A stretch of 64,000 nucleotides of DNA from the human T2T-CHM13v2.0 reference genome, Homo sapiens (GCF_009914755.1 NC_060941.1), one strand, 5' to 3'; shown: positions 38,231 to 59,868, counted from the stretch's first letter. Translations and numbers: made by a program. The notes: generated by a model not told the origin, from the letters alone.

Positions 38231-38700
38231 TTTTTACCTAATAGAATTTCTCCAAGAGTGATGAAGAGAAGCCAGTTGCTTGATATATACAGTTAATTAC
38301 TGAGTATGGTTGAAGAATGGTGTTTAGTAGTGGTTACTAGTGTTTAAAGTATGGAAAAATAAGTTATACATAGACACATATGTACACACACCTTAAAACT
38401 ATATTGTGTGAATATATTTGAATTATTTGATTCAATTAGTATTCCATGAAGTATTTATTGAGCACCTATATGTGCCAGGTGCCCCCAGAATTCCATAGTT
38501 ACCAGATTCATCATTATAATAATCAGTTTACTGGTCAAGTATACAAGTAAAGGATTCTAGTTCAAACAATTACAGTAGTTAAAGGTAACAGAATTCTTAG
38601 TGTTTCCCTAAGACAAGCATTGTAACACTGTTATCCTATTTTTAAAAATATAAAGCCTGGGCTGTGCGCGGTGGTTCATGCCTGTAATCCCAGCACTTTA

Positions 38701-39057
<357 letters not shown>

Positions 39058-39206
39058 CTACAGTAATGAATTCCTAGTAATACAGTTTTTAGTGTACATC
39101 ATTAAAATTGCTTTCATCAGGACTGCAGTGTAGCTGTATTTTTAAAATCTTGTTGAGTATGTAAGCTAGTTTATAAATTTAATAAATGGTTTTAGTATAA
39201 ATCTAA

Positions 39207-39392
<186 letters not shown>

Positions 39393-39500
39393 TAGAAGGT
39401 TGAGCACATTATAGTTATGAACTCCCATTTTTGATTGATGTTTTCTTCCCCAAATGCTAATTCATGTTGGAAGTAGAGGCCTTTGTTTTTTATACTTTAA

Positions 39501-39747
<247 letters not shown>

Positions 39748-39767
39748 TGACCATGTTGGCCGGGCTA

Positions 39768-40055
<288 letters not shown>

Positions 40056-40079
40056 TTTAAATTCTATTCATTGTAATGG

Positions 40080-41110
40080 CAGATAATAAGGGATGACTAG
40101 TAATACATTTATCAAGAAATCTGCAGAATTTAGATTAAGCATACTTAAAATAACTCTTAAGAGATAAAGAGGAATCCATACATTTCTTAAATAGGGAGAT
40201 TCAAAACTGTAATGATGTCTTTTATTTCTAAATATGTTAGGTCAGTGTACCATCCGATGCAAAATCTCATAAGGATTTTTTTAAGTCTTAAAATTAGTTC
40301 CTAGTTAATCTAAAAGGATAAGTATTTAGTAATACTAAGGGAAATTTTAGAAAAATATTTTGAGAATTTTTACTTACCAGTTTTAGTATGATATACAATA
40401 TACCGTTGTACATACCATAAAGTTAAGAGAACTTAAACCCTATGGTATAACCATAGGAATAGATATGCTTATCTATTCAGGCATAGTCCTGAAATAGTTT
40501 ATGATAAAGGTGTTGGTATAGCTATGTGAGAAAGAGAAACTGTTCATTAATTGTGACAACTCTTCTCCAGTCATCTGGAAATAATCTTAGGCCTAATACA
40601 TTCTGGAAGGCTCATAAACATGTAAAAATGAACATTCATAAGCATGGAAAAAAAAATAGGTGAATGTTAATATATTTAATATATTGCAGTGAGGAAGACC
40701 CTTCTAAGGATGATTGAAAAGTAAGAAAGCATAAAGTAAAAATTGTCGGGTTAAAATTAGTCATTTTTATACTGCAAAATATCTAAAGTTAGAAACAAAT
40801 TATGGAATGGGGGAAATATCTGTAACACAAAATGCTAATATGAATACATAATATTGTGAATTATGAAACAAAAAGATACACAGTCTAATAAGAAATATGT
40901 GTGAAGGACTCTCACGCAGTTCTTAAAAAAACAAAGAGATGGCCAGCAAACTTTTAAAGCAGTACTCAACCTTATTAGTACTCAAAGGCATGCAAATGCA
41001 GAGATACTACTTTTGAGAGTTTGACAAAGATTAAAAGTTTGACAGTTTCTAGTGTTTTAGGGACGTGAGGACACATATACTCTCAAATAATATTTTGATG
41101 TAACAGTTGG
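40080..41110 (+). mobile_element. Ancient L1ME-like fragment
   Basis: A-rich degenerate sequence with L1 ORF2-end/3'UTR-like motifs (ctcaaccttattagta...atgcaaat). Confidence 0.5.
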
Positions 41111-41111
41111 G

Positions 41112-45490
<4,379 letters not shown>

Positions 45491-45677
45491 TTTTAAAAAA
45501 GTTTTTAAAAGAAAGTACAAGAAGGTACACATACCCTTTCACAAGTCACAGTGATATCTTACTAAAATGCCTGGAGCCACAAGAAGCCTGTTTTCCCTTC
45601 AAATGAAAAGTAGGTTAAAACTGGATTCACCAAATCTCACAGAAGAAAAAAGTACACACACTGAACTTTTTTAGTTT

Positions 45678-45683
45678 TTTATT
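45678..45683 (-). terminator. CRLF3: Distal CRLF3 polyadenylation signal AATAAA
   Basis: + strand TTTATT; followed on the minus strand by a GU/U-rich element (gtgtgtgtacttttttcttct, ~45641-45661). Confidence 0.75.
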
Positions 45684-46312
45684 TTGATTCCTATGGCTGG
45701 ACAAGGTATCTACATTCTAGAACATCTTCTTAATCCCTAAACAAGTGGAAATCTACTACTTATATATAAAAAGACAAGTAGAAAAGGTCATGATTGTCTA
45801 ACAGGGAACATGAATCCCCAAATAAATTATCTTACAAAAATATCATACTTGCTTTTCTACTTTTTTACTATACTGGTAAAAATGAAATGAAAAAAATAAT
45901 TCACATTAAAATAAAATCTGTAGGGTGGCATAGAAGACAATTATTTTTACATATTAAAGTCCTTCAAATAAATATTTTACACACAAATTTAAGTAAGTTT
46001 TTAAAAAAAATAAGTATTTACGCTATATTTTTTTGCTCTGCTAAAAAGAGACCACTTATTAAACTGACATTAAACTGGACTGCAGCTCATTCTCTGCAAA
46101 GAGTAAAATGCATGTCACAGGCAGATTGGATACACACGTGCATATTACATACATATGAAATGGCTAACACTGCTGTGCATACTACTGCCATAACTAGTTT
46201 TACCCTGTAAAAATACTGTAGCCTATACTGTATCAAATTGCAATGAAAGAACAAAAGGTACTACTTGCCTATTTTAGACACTTGGTCAAGCATTTAAAAA
46301 AATACAAAAATT

Positions 46313-46612
<300 letters not shown>

Positions 46613-47164
46613 TTATAATGTTTTGGGGACTTAAAGATTACTGAAGAGGGGATAAAAGTCAACACTGCTTACAAATACCTGAACATGGAGAGCACAGTCA
46701 ACACATTCATGTGGACAGCACATGAACGGATGTATTAATACATTACACAGCTTCTTCTATCTGACCTATTCCTCTTGTTCTAAAGAGTTACATGGACTTG
46801 GATCCTTTAAGATGATTTTAAAAATAATATTACATTAAGTTTTCCTGGTCTAATAACCAACTTTGAGAAGTACAGTGGAAGGGTATAGAACTTCCTATAT
46901 CTTCTATACTTTTAATGCCAATTTGATTTTTATTGTGATGTGATATTTAACAGTATGCTAAAAATAAAATTGACTGAATTGTATGATTTTGTCCACAACA
47001 TTGAAGTCTCTTTTTGCTAAAATATTACAAAATGAATCCAGTAAACACTTTCCAATGGCCTAAGTTAGAGATGAATTCAACTTTTTTTTTAAAGCAATTA
47101 CAACTACGCTGGGCTGAGGACAGCTACGTTAGACCCTGAAAACCAAAGCCAAGCACCCAAACAT

Positions 47165-47421
47165 CTAAAACACTAACACTTTCCATCCAGGATAGAAAAA
47201 TGAGCATCCAAAGTAAAGAGAACCACAAGACTGATCAAGTAACCAGTCAAAAACCACTTCTCTATTATTTGAACTTATAGTTACTCGAAGCTTGAAGTGT
47301 CCACCTTCATTATTACTGGTGGTTCCTAGAGTCACGGCTTCAATGTCAAACGTGACAGTGGACCCAGAAGTAACTGCGGGTAACTGATTTGTCATTTCTT
47401 TTCCATTGACAAAAACTGCAC
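47165..47421 (-). CDS. CRLF3: CRLF3 exon 8, coding part (257 nt, C-terminus)
   Basis: tttag|GTGCAGTT...; (G)AVFVNGKEMTNQLPAVTSG...FGCSFFYPGWKVLVF*, TAG at 47165-47167. Confidence 0.97.
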
Positions 47422-47662
47422 CTAAAATGTTAAGGTAAAGAGTCATTTACATGTGAGCAATAACTAAGAGATCTGAAATAGTTTCTAGATTACTGGTAAC
47501 ACAGCTCATTTCCTAATTCAGATTTTAAAAAATCTGGAATGCCAACTGGACATAGATTTTAGAGTTCTGTCCAGGGTTGTACTCTTCCAGCAGAGACTAT
47601 GAGTTTCCCATATCAGTGTCATCAAAAGAAACTTGACAGTGTTACAAAATTACCTCCTGTGA

Positions 47663-47851
<189 letters not shown>

Positions 47852-48619
47852 TGAGCCTCTCGGATTACAGGTATGTACCACCACGCCCAGCTAATTTTTG
47901 TATTTGTAGTGGAGACAGGGTTTCACCATGTTGGCCAGGATGGTCTCGATCTCTTGACCTTGTGATCCACCCACCTTGGCCTCCCAAAGTGCTAGGATTA
48001 CAGGCGTGAGCCACCGTGCCCAGCCAACACCACAAAATATTATTAACATGTCTTGCTAGTGAATTTTTTTTTTTTTTTTTTTTTGAGACGGAGTCTCACA
48101 CTGTTACCTGGCATGATCTCGGCTCACTGCAACCTCCGCCTCCCGGGTTCAAGCGATTTTCCTACCTCAGCCTCCCAAGTAGCTAGGATTACAGGCACCC
48201 GCCACCACACCTGGCTAATTTTCTGTATTTTTAGTAGAGACAGGGTTTCACTATGTTGGCCGGGCTGGTCTTGAACTCCTGACCTCGTGATTTGCCCGCC
48301 TTGGCCTCCCAAAGTGCTGGGATTAGAGGCGTGATCCACCGCGCCCGGCCTCTGGCTAGCGATTTTTAAAGAGCACTAGGGATGTAGACTGAATGATTTA
48401 TTATTTGTAGAATTTAGAACAATGCCTGGTACATGGTAGTCACATAAATTATGTCATTAAGACCAAAACTTTCAGCCAGCCACGGTGGCTCACGCCTGTA
48501 ATCCCAGCACTTTGGGAGGCCACCAAGGTGGGAGGATTGCTGGAAACCAGGAGTCAAGACTCACCTGGGCAACAACTTATCTTTACAAAAAAGTAAAAAT
48601 AAAAAAAATTAGCCAGTCA

Positions 48620-48787
<168 letters not shown>

Positions 48788-48894
48788 CTAAATTTTCTCA
48801 TCTCCTACTATAAATGTATGGAACTGGAACAGATTCACATATTACTAAAATAATTAATATATTTCCAAGAGAATGACAGTTATTTATCTCTTAC

Positions 48895-49007
48895 CATTTG
48901 TACTAATGCACACAGCTTGATCCCGCTGCAGAGAGTCATATCCATCCTGTTTTTCTGCACACACTCCTATGCTATCTCTTCTGTCTGGCTGTCCCACAGT
49001 TTCAACT
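48895..49007 (-). CDS. CRLF3: CRLF3 exon 7 (113 nt)
   Basis: tacag|AGTTGAA...ACAAATG|gtaaga; (R)VETVGQPDRRDSIGVCAEKQDGYDSLQRDQAVCISTN(G). Confidence 0.95.
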
Positions 49008-49597
49008 CTGTAAATGAAGTAGAAAGGTCATTTCATACTTTTAAAAATATAACATGAATGATACTTAACAGCCACTAGCTTAAAAAGAGCAATCTCACCA
49101 CAATTGTTTTTTTCTAAATAGTACAGCAACCATGATTGAGTTCTTGCTATACTCCAGGCACTGTTCTAATTATTTTATATCTATCTATCATTCTTACAAC
49201 AATCTATGAGGTAGGTGCTTTTTCTTTTTTGTTGAGACGGAGTCTCGCTCTGTCACCCAGGCTGAAGTGCGGTGGTGCGACCTTGGCTCACTGCAACCTC
49301 CGCCTCCCGGGTTCAAGCAGTTCTCTGCTTCAGCGTCCCAAGTAGCTAGGATTACAGGTGCCCGCCACCATACCCGGCTAAGTTTTCTATTTTTAATAGA
49401 GATGGGGTTTCACCATCTTGGCCAAGCTGGTCTTGAACTCCTGACCTTGTGATCCACCCACCTCGGCCTCCCAAAGTGCTGGGATTACAGGCGTGAGCCA
49501 CTGCGTCCAGCCGGTAGGTGCTATTTTTAACATACCCATTTTATAAGTGAGGAAAATGAGGCACGAAAAGAAAAAAAGATTAAAAATAGCTAAATAA

Positions 49598-50048
<451 letters not shown>

Positions 50049-50904
50049 TGATCCACCCTCCTTGGCCTCCCAAAGTGCTGGGATTACGGAGTGAGCCACC
50101 GTGCCCGGCCTAGAATCTATATTCTTAACCATTTGTAGCCATGATGGCACACTTCTATTTTATATTCTAGCTCTAGACACATAGAAGGTTTGTCATAGTT
50201 GACATTATAATTTATGTAACTATTGCTGCCAGCGCCTAAATCTTCCATATAAGAATTTGCAATGATTTGATTACTATTTGTTAAGTAAATAAAGCATTTA
50301 AAAAGAACTATTATAATCCTAAAAAATCCCATTATGGTTATGAAGACACTATTCAAGCATGAAGAACTTCCTATGTGGCAAGTTTAAGCTTTTCCTTTTG
50401 TGTTTTCATTTCAGATGTCAGTACTTTGTGTGCTCTTGAAATAGGAAATGTACAGATCCCTATTGCCAGACACATCATTCTCTCCATCCAGAAAGCCAAC
50501 TTTGCAAGGACAAAAAAAAAAATTAGTGTGAAACAAAATGTGGCTTTTCCAAAGACAGATGTGATTATTTATAGTCAATGTGGCCTCAAAATGTCATTGA
50601 TTGTGAAATAGCAAACATGCAGGATCATAATATTTGGGTAGGTTTCTGAAGTTATTTCATATCTGAGCAGTCTAAAGAAGTATGGGGAGGAGGGGCCGGG
50701 CATAGTGGCTCACACCTGTAATCCCAGCACTTTGGGAGGCCAAGGAGGGTGGATCACCTGAGGTCAGGAGTTCCAAGACCACCCTAGGCAACATGGTGAA
50801 ACCCCGTATCTACAAAAAATACAAAAATTAGCTGGGTGTGGTAGTGGCTCCTGTAATCCTAGCTACTCAGGAGGCTGAGGTGAGAGGGTCACTTGAACCT
50901 GTGA

Positions 50905-51099
<195 letters not shown>

Positions 51100-51301
51100 T
51101 GAGACCATCCTGGCTAACACGGTGAAACCCCGTCTCTACTAAAAATACAATAAATTAGCCGGGCGTGGTAGCAGGCGCCTGTAGTCCCAGCTACTCAGGA
51201 GGCTGAGGTGAGAGGGTCGCTTGAACCTGAGAGGTGGAGGTTGCAGTGAGCCGATTGTGCCATTGCATTCCAGCCTGGGCAACAGAATGAGACTTTGTCT
51301 C

Positions 51302-51333
<32 letters not shown>

Positions 51334-51568
51334 GAAAGAAACCTTAAAAAAAATCAGAAAATCTTAGAAGCAAGGAAAGAGCAGGAATGTTCACATAGGA
51401 AGTGAGGGAGACCTGGAAGGAGGGGGTTGCTAGCAGACCTGGGCATCTAATGAGAGTGGGTCTAGAGACTGTTAAAATCCAGCCAGTATCACAGGTTTCT
51501 CTGGCTTCAGCAGCTCCAAGCCTTCCAGAAGCTTCAGCAGGGACTGACTGGGATAAATAACAAAGTAG

Positions 51569-51862
<294 letters not shown>

Positions 51863-52529
51863 TGAGCCACCGTGCCCGGCTAACGTAGTGCCTTCAAGAG
51901 TATAGTCTCCCTTCTAACTACTAGGCCCTTAAGTACCCTCAAAAAACTAAATATTGTTTCTCTTGATTCAAGTAGGCGCACTTGCTCCTCCCTTATGCCC
52001 TTATGCATGGAGTCCCCCTTGCATTCACATCTCTGGCTTCACTGCTGATGCCTGAAATTCCTTTAAACAAGGGGAGAAAACATTTCATTCCACAAAGAAA
52101 AAAATGACAAAAATGCAAAAGGCTGGCTACCATTATATTGAGTTTAACTGAATTTCAGTTAATCACCCTGCCAAGTGGGGCCTGGTGATGCATCTTTAGG
52201 AGATGCAAGAGAGACTCAACAGTTTATTGAGACCTAATGTGTCTTTCACATCACGGTCAGCAGAGGTGAATTTAAATCAATTTGTATAATTTCCAATGTC
52301 TTAATAAATATTTACTGAATGGTCTAAGAAATAAACCTAACTATGCAATCTATCAGACATTACCATGTGTCCAAGGAGGAAGAATTTAAAAAGCAGGAGA
52401 GCATCAGATCAAGTGGTGAAAGGTCATAAGAGGTAAAAGTTAAAGAGCTAAGGACACAGTAATAGAGAAACTGTAGACTTCAACACTAACTAGAATCATG
52501 TTAACTCTCCCATGAAAAAGAAGCAATAC

Positions 52530-52760
52530 AGACCAGTCTGGAGTCGAACTGCCTGGATTTAAACCCTAGTTTTGGCATTTACTAGCTGTGTGACACTGGG
52601 TAAATAACTTCTCTATGCCTCAGTTTCCTCATCCCTAAAATAAATAACCCATCTATCTCACTGGGTTACCATGAAAATCAAATGAGTTAATACAAGTAAA
52701 ATACTTAAGACAGTACATGGCACATAGTAAATACTGTTTAAATATTAACTGCAATTATTA
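52530..52760 (+). mobile_element. MIR
   Basis: tctggagtc...gcctggattt...tactagctgtgtgac...gcctcagtttcctcatc...ggcacatagtaa. Confidence 0.85.
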
Positions 52761-53538
52761 TTATTATCATCATTATTGCAGTCTGAGATATCTGGCCTGA
52801 ATTTATCAAGTTAGGAAGCTCTGTCATTGCACAGAAATACCTTGTTCTCAGGAGAGTCACTAACCGAAGTGCTTCTGTAAACAAGGGACATAAGCAGAGA
52901 AGGGGTATGTAAGTACAGAAAACTCATGATTACCTGGGGAATAGTTAAATAGATTTTAGGTATTAGTTGTTTTTTTTTTTCCTCTCTCTCTCTTTGTTGG
53001 TATTTTTCTGTTTACTGAGTCATTCTTCATTAAGGGGTGAGGTGTCAAAAATTAGACAAAACAAACTAGTATAATCTGACAACCGCTGACAATTCAAATT
53101 ACTTAGCTGGAGAGGAATACAGCAACACTGGCTTAGATAAAATATTCAGATATTCTCCATGCCTTAAATAATAAGGGCCTGAGAACAAAAGGAACTTGGG
53201 TCAAGCATTCACAATAAAATCCCATCTCAAGACTTAAAACTTAGAGGAGAGCTTGTTACACTAAGGTGAGTATGGTGAAAATCAGGCAAACTTTACTTCT
53301 CTAAGTCAAAACTGGTCTTTAGTTTCTACGAAGAGCTATTCAGAAACATGACTATAAAGAATACATCTCAGATAACATGAAAACAAGAAAAAAGAAACTT
53401 TTCCATTACAGAAAGAAATGGGTAGAGAAACAACATTAATTAGTGGTAGGGGAGGCTTGCTTTCAGTTTTACTTTAGAGAGTAGCATATACATAATATGT
53501 TTACAGTGTTGTCTCTTACAAAGACTTGCTGTTAATGA

Positions 53539-53862
<324 letters not shown>

Positions 53863-53913
53863 TAATATGCATGAGCCACAGTGCCCGGCCTATGCTTTTT
53901 TTCTTTTTTTTGA

Positions 53914-54033
<120 letters not shown>

Positions 54034-54421
54034 TAGGTGTGTGCCACCACACCCTGCTAATTTTTTTTTTCTTTTTGAGACGGGTCTTGCCCTGTTGCCA
54101 GGCTGAAGTGCAATGGCTCACTGCAACATTTGCCTCCCGGGTTCAAGTGATTCTCCTGCCTCACTCTCCCTAGTTGCTGGGATTACAGGTGTGCACTACC
54201 ACATCCAGCTAATTTTTGTATTTTTAGTAAAGATGGGGTTTCACCATGTTGGCCAGGGTGGTGTCTTGATCTCCTAACCTTGTGATCCACCCACCTCAGC
54301 CTCCCGAAGTGCTGGGATTACAGGCGGGAGCCATTGCGCCTGTCCTAATATTTGTATTTTTAGTAAAGATGGGGTTTTACCAGGTTGACCAGGCTGGTCT
54401 CGAACTCCTGACCACAAGTGA

Positions 54422-54727
<306 letters not shown>

Positions 54728-54800
54728 TGATCCGCCCGCCTCAGCCTCCCAAAGTGCTGGGATTACAAGTGTGAGCCACCGTGCCTGGCCAGGCCTCTAA

Positions 54801-55001
<201 letters not shown>

Positions 55002-55414
55002 TAGTAGAGATGGGGTTTCTCCATGTTGCTCAGGTTGGTCTCGAACTCCCGACCTCAGGTGATCCACCTGCCTCGGCCTACCAAAGTGCTGGGGTTACAG
55101 GTGTGAACCACTATGCCCAGCCTAAGATTGACTTTTGAGAGATACTCTACTTACCTCTACTTACCAAGAGGAAAAGAGATATAAACATATTAAATAACAA
55201 GCATTTTATATACATTTCCCAGTTAATCTACGTAATAACCCTGTGAATACAGATGAGAAAACTACAGCTACAGGAAATAAAGAAGCCTTCCCACAGTAAC
55301 ACTGCCTATAAATGACGGAATAAACTCAGGATGTTTTGAATTCAAAGCTTATGTATGCTCTATGCACTTCACTCTGCTTCCTGAGGCAGGTGAGATGTTT
55401 TAATATCTACTTGC

Positions 55415-55547
55415 CTGAATGTTAATGTCTGCCCACAGAAATAAGTCGGAGCTCTGGAGTAGAGAACACCCGATGATTCAGAATCGTTCCGAAGTGCTAT
55501 ATTTCTTCGACTGCTCAGACTGTACCCCTCAAAACCAGCTGTCCACT
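55415..55547 (-). CDS. CRLF3: CRLF3 exon 6 (133 nt), ends at a GC donor
   Basis: aaaag|AGTGGACA...ACATTCAG|gcaagt; (E)WTAGFEGYSLSSRRNIALRNDSESSGVLYSRAPTYFCGQTLTF(R); phases fit exons 5 and 7. Confidence 0.94.
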
Positions 55548-55849
55548 CTTTTTCAAAGCAAAGATATTGAAAACTGTTAGAATCTCTTGAGGGATATCTT
55601 CAATACAGACACGTTAAATAAAACATGGAAATGGGAGACTACTCTTAGGGGCCATGGTCAAGTTCAATAAAATAAAAGATTCCATTAACAGGGTATCATG
55701 ATCAGTCCCACAAATTACAAAAGATTTTAGTATATTCCTGCATAATTTTGACATAATAAATCACACAAGTGTTATCTCTTATCTAATAAAATCATTGTAC
55801 AAGCATAATTGCTTGAACTTATTCCAACCTGATAAAAATCTAATTAATA

Positions 55850-56172
<323 letters not shown>

Positions 56173-56225
56173 CTACATCTTCTAAAAAAGAATGCAGGGG
56201 AGAGATCAATTTCAAATCATAAGAC

Positions 56226-56513
56226 TTTTTTTTTTTTTGAGACAGAGTCTCACTCTGTTGCCCAGGCTGGAGTGCAGTGGTGTGATCTCGGCTCACTGCA
56301 AGCTCTGCCTCCCAAGTTCAGCCATTCTCCTGCTTGAGCCTCCCAAGTAGTTGGGCCTACAGGTGCCCCATGCCTGGCTAATTTTTGGTATTTGTAGTAG
56401 AGACAGGGTTTCACCGTGTTAGCCAGGATGGTCTTGATCTCCTGCACTCGTGATCCGCCTGCCTTGGTCTCCCAAAGTGCTGGGATTACAGGTGTGAGCC
56501 ACCATGCCCGGCC
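56226..56513 (-). mobile_element. AluY-like element, antisense, with TSD tcaaatcat(a/c)agactttt
   Basis: aagctctgcc...gccattctcc...ccgtgttagccaggatgg. Confidence 0.85.
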
Positions 56514-57158
56514 CTCAAATCATCAGACTTTTAAGAAAATGTCTCTCTCCAGGTATTTCTTGAGAGTTTGGAAAATCAGCATCAGCTGGGCACAGTGGCT
56601 CACGCCTATAATCCCAGGACTTTGGGAGGTCAAGGCAAGAGGATTGCTTGAGCCCAGGAATTTGAGACCAGCCTGGGCAACATAGCAAGACCCAGTCTCT
56701 AGAAAAAAATAAAAAATTAGCCAGGTGTGGTGTGCATGCAGGTGGTCCCAGCTACTTGGGAGACTGAGGCAGAAGGATCTAGAGGTCAGGCTGCATGATT
56801 GCACCACCACACACCAGCCTGGGCGACAGAGTGAGACCTTGTCTCAAAAAAACTAACTAAATAACATTCAAATATAAAAAAAAGAATAAAAAGGAATATC
56901 AGTGCCCTACATAATATTTTCAATCTTTGGTTTTCAATGAGGCTAAAAATCTTGTCCAGCATTTTTTTTGGACTCTGAAGAACTGATGAAAACAAAAATC
57001 ACATGAGGTAATCTGAGTAAAAGACATGGTGCATGTTGTTCTTATCAATTCAGGATCTATGCTTAGAATAGCTGGTTGTCAGTGTGCTGCCCTTAGCACA
57101 GAATACAGGTATTCTAATATATAGTTAGGCTTCAGGAGAGAAAAGGTTAGCAGCATAC

Positions 57159-57381
57159 CATGAGGCACCAATGTGGAATGACCTATCTGGGGGACACTCC
57201 AAGGACTCCACTCCTGTCGGCCATCTCCTCGGGCGCAGACTCTGAACTGGTAATCAACGTTGGGGTCTATGTGCAATACTATGAATTCAGTTTCAGAACC
57301 TACATATACATCCTCAAAATGATTTGAAGTACATTTACGAAACTGGAGCCTGTAATCTTGGGCTGTAAAGTCATCATCCAC
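57159..57381 (-). CDS. CRLF3: CRLF3 exon 5 (223 nt), fibronectin type III domain with WSxWS motif
   Basis: cctag|GTGGAT...CCTCATG|gtatgc; VDDDFTAQDYRLQFRK...YQFRVCARGDGRQEWSPWSVPQIGHSTLVPH. Confidence 0.97.
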
Positions 57382-59094
57382 CTAGGGAGAAAAGCTTTAT
57401 GTTAGGTAAAAAACAGAAAATGACTTCTCTCAGCATCACTGCTTAAAAATTTTGAACGGAGCCATTTTGGACCAAGCAGACAGGCCCACATGCTGAATAT
57501 GGGGTATTCTTGGGAAGGCCATAGAAAATATGCCATCACATCATTATCTCCCTTCTTTTTTTTTTGAGAAAGGGTCTCACTTTGTCACCCAGGCTGTAGT
57601 GCAGTGGCGTGATCTCGGCTTATTGCAGCCTCCACACCCCGGGTTCAAGCCATCCTCTTCCTTCCACCCCACAAGTAGCTGGGATTTCAGGTGCACACCA
57701 CCATGTCCGGCTAATTTTTTGTATTTTTTGTAGAGACTGGGCTTCACCATATCTCAGATCTTTAACTCCTGAGCTCAAGCAATCTTCTCGTCTCAGCCTC
57801 TCAAAGTGCTAGGACTATAGGCGTGAGACACTGCGCCTGGGCTCCCTTCTTTTCTTTATTGAACCATGTGTTCTGTATTTCCCAGTCTGATATAAAAAAG
57901 TCTGCCTCCTTTGAAGAAATGGCATGTTTTTTAATCAATGCCAAAGATAAAACATTCAAGATTCAGTAAGTCTCCCACAACCATACATCATTCATAATAA
58001 CCAAGAGATAATTAACATACAGTATACAGAACCCCCATTAATTTTTAGGGGTCCTGCATATATTCTGTATGTTAATTAGCCACCCAATAGAAAAATGGGT
58101 AAAAGACATAAATAAGCGTTCTACAGGAGAAGAAACATAAATAGCCAAAAATGTATATTATGAATATTCAACCTAATTTGTACCTAATTTGTAATATGGC
58201 AAATACGATCTAAAACCACAACAAGGCCAGACATGATGGCTCATGCCTATAATCCTAACACTTTGAGAGGCCGAAGCGGGTGGAGCACTTGAGCCCAGGA
58301 ATTTGAGGCCAGCCTAGGCAACACAGCAAAACCCCATCTCTACAAAAAATTACAAAACTTAGCTGGCTGTGGAAGCACATGCCTGAAGTCCCAATTACTT
58401 GGGGGCTGAGGCGGGAGGATCACTTGAGCCCAGGAGATTGAGACTGGAGACATGATTGTGCCACTGTACTCCAGCCTGGGTGACAGAGTGAGACCCTGTC
58501 TCAAAAACAAACAAATAAATAAAACCACAACAAGGTACATTTAGGCAAAAATATAAAGTCTCACAATGCCAATTATTGGTCAAGATATGGAATAACAGAA
58601 ACTCATATACTCCTTGGAAGGCTAAATTGATAGAATCATCTTGTGGAAAGTTTGTTATTACCTATCAGCGTATGGATCCAATACTCTAAGAAGACCTCAT
58701 AATTTTACACCTAGGTAAATATTAATATTTTACAAACTTCACATATGTCCATAAAGAAACACAAGTAAAAATACTTATAGCAAAAAACTGGAAATAACTA
58801 GGTCCACTGATAGGAAAAATAATAAAAATGGAATGACAGTCCTGTTAGAAAATAACAACAGCATGTTTATAAAAAAAGAAAAAAAAATTTCCTTTTAATA
58901 AAATCTCAGCTGGGCACAGTGGCTCACACCTGTAATCCCAGCACTTTGGGAGGCCGAGGTGGGCAGATCACCTGAGGTCGGGAGTTTGAGACCAACCTGA
59001 CCAACATGGAGAAACTCTGTCTCTACTAAAAATACAAAAATACTAAAAATACAAACTTAGCCAGGTGTGGTGGCGCATGCCTTAATCCCAGCTA

Positions 59095-59289
<195 letters not shown>

Positions 59290-59868
59290 TCACCTGAGGT
59301 CGGAGGTTGCATCGCTGCACTCCAGCCTGGGCGACACAGCAAGGCTTCATTTAAAAAAAAAAGGCCAGGCACGGCGGCTCACACCTATAATCCCAGCACT
59401 TTGGGTGGCCGAGGCGAGTGGGTCACCTGAGGTCAGGAGTTCAAGAACAGCCTGGCCAACATGGTGAAACCTCGTCTCTACAAAAAATACAAAAATTAGG
59501 CAGGTGTGATGGCAGGTGCCTATAATCCCAGCTACTCAGGAGGCCGAAGCAGGAGAATGGCTTGAACCCGGGGGAAGCGGCAGGCGGGGGAGGGCATGGA
59601 GGTTGCAGTAAGCCGAGATCACGCCACTTCACTCCAGCCTCGGTGAAAGAGCAAAACTCTGTCTCAAAAAATAAATAAATAAAATAAAAATAAAACTGGA
59701 AGAGCTACCTCAGTGTTCCATGTGACTTCATTTTAACTGTAAAGTAAAAGAGATTTTTGTTTGAGAAGAAAAGAATGTATTTAAAAGTAGTCAACGAAAA
59801 AATCTGAAAGGCCTCCAAATCGCAAACCCATAATGTGGAAGTCATTTCTAGAATTCTGAATTACATAC

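Noticed and set aside
45794-46210. 138-aa non-Alu + strand ORF
   Set aside because: Non-ATG start, antisense to the AT-rich CRLF3 3' UTR, no recognisable domain; most likely chance.
47422-47446. N-terminal MTLYLNIL of ORF 47165-47446 (likewise the C-terminal tail of ORF 57079-57381)
   Set aside because: Intronic extensions beyond the true CRLF3 splice sites.
50411-50422. ag|atgtcagt is identical to the start of SUZ12P1 exon 8; possible duplicated exon
   Set aside because: The match is only about 10 nt and the downstream sequence is unrelated.
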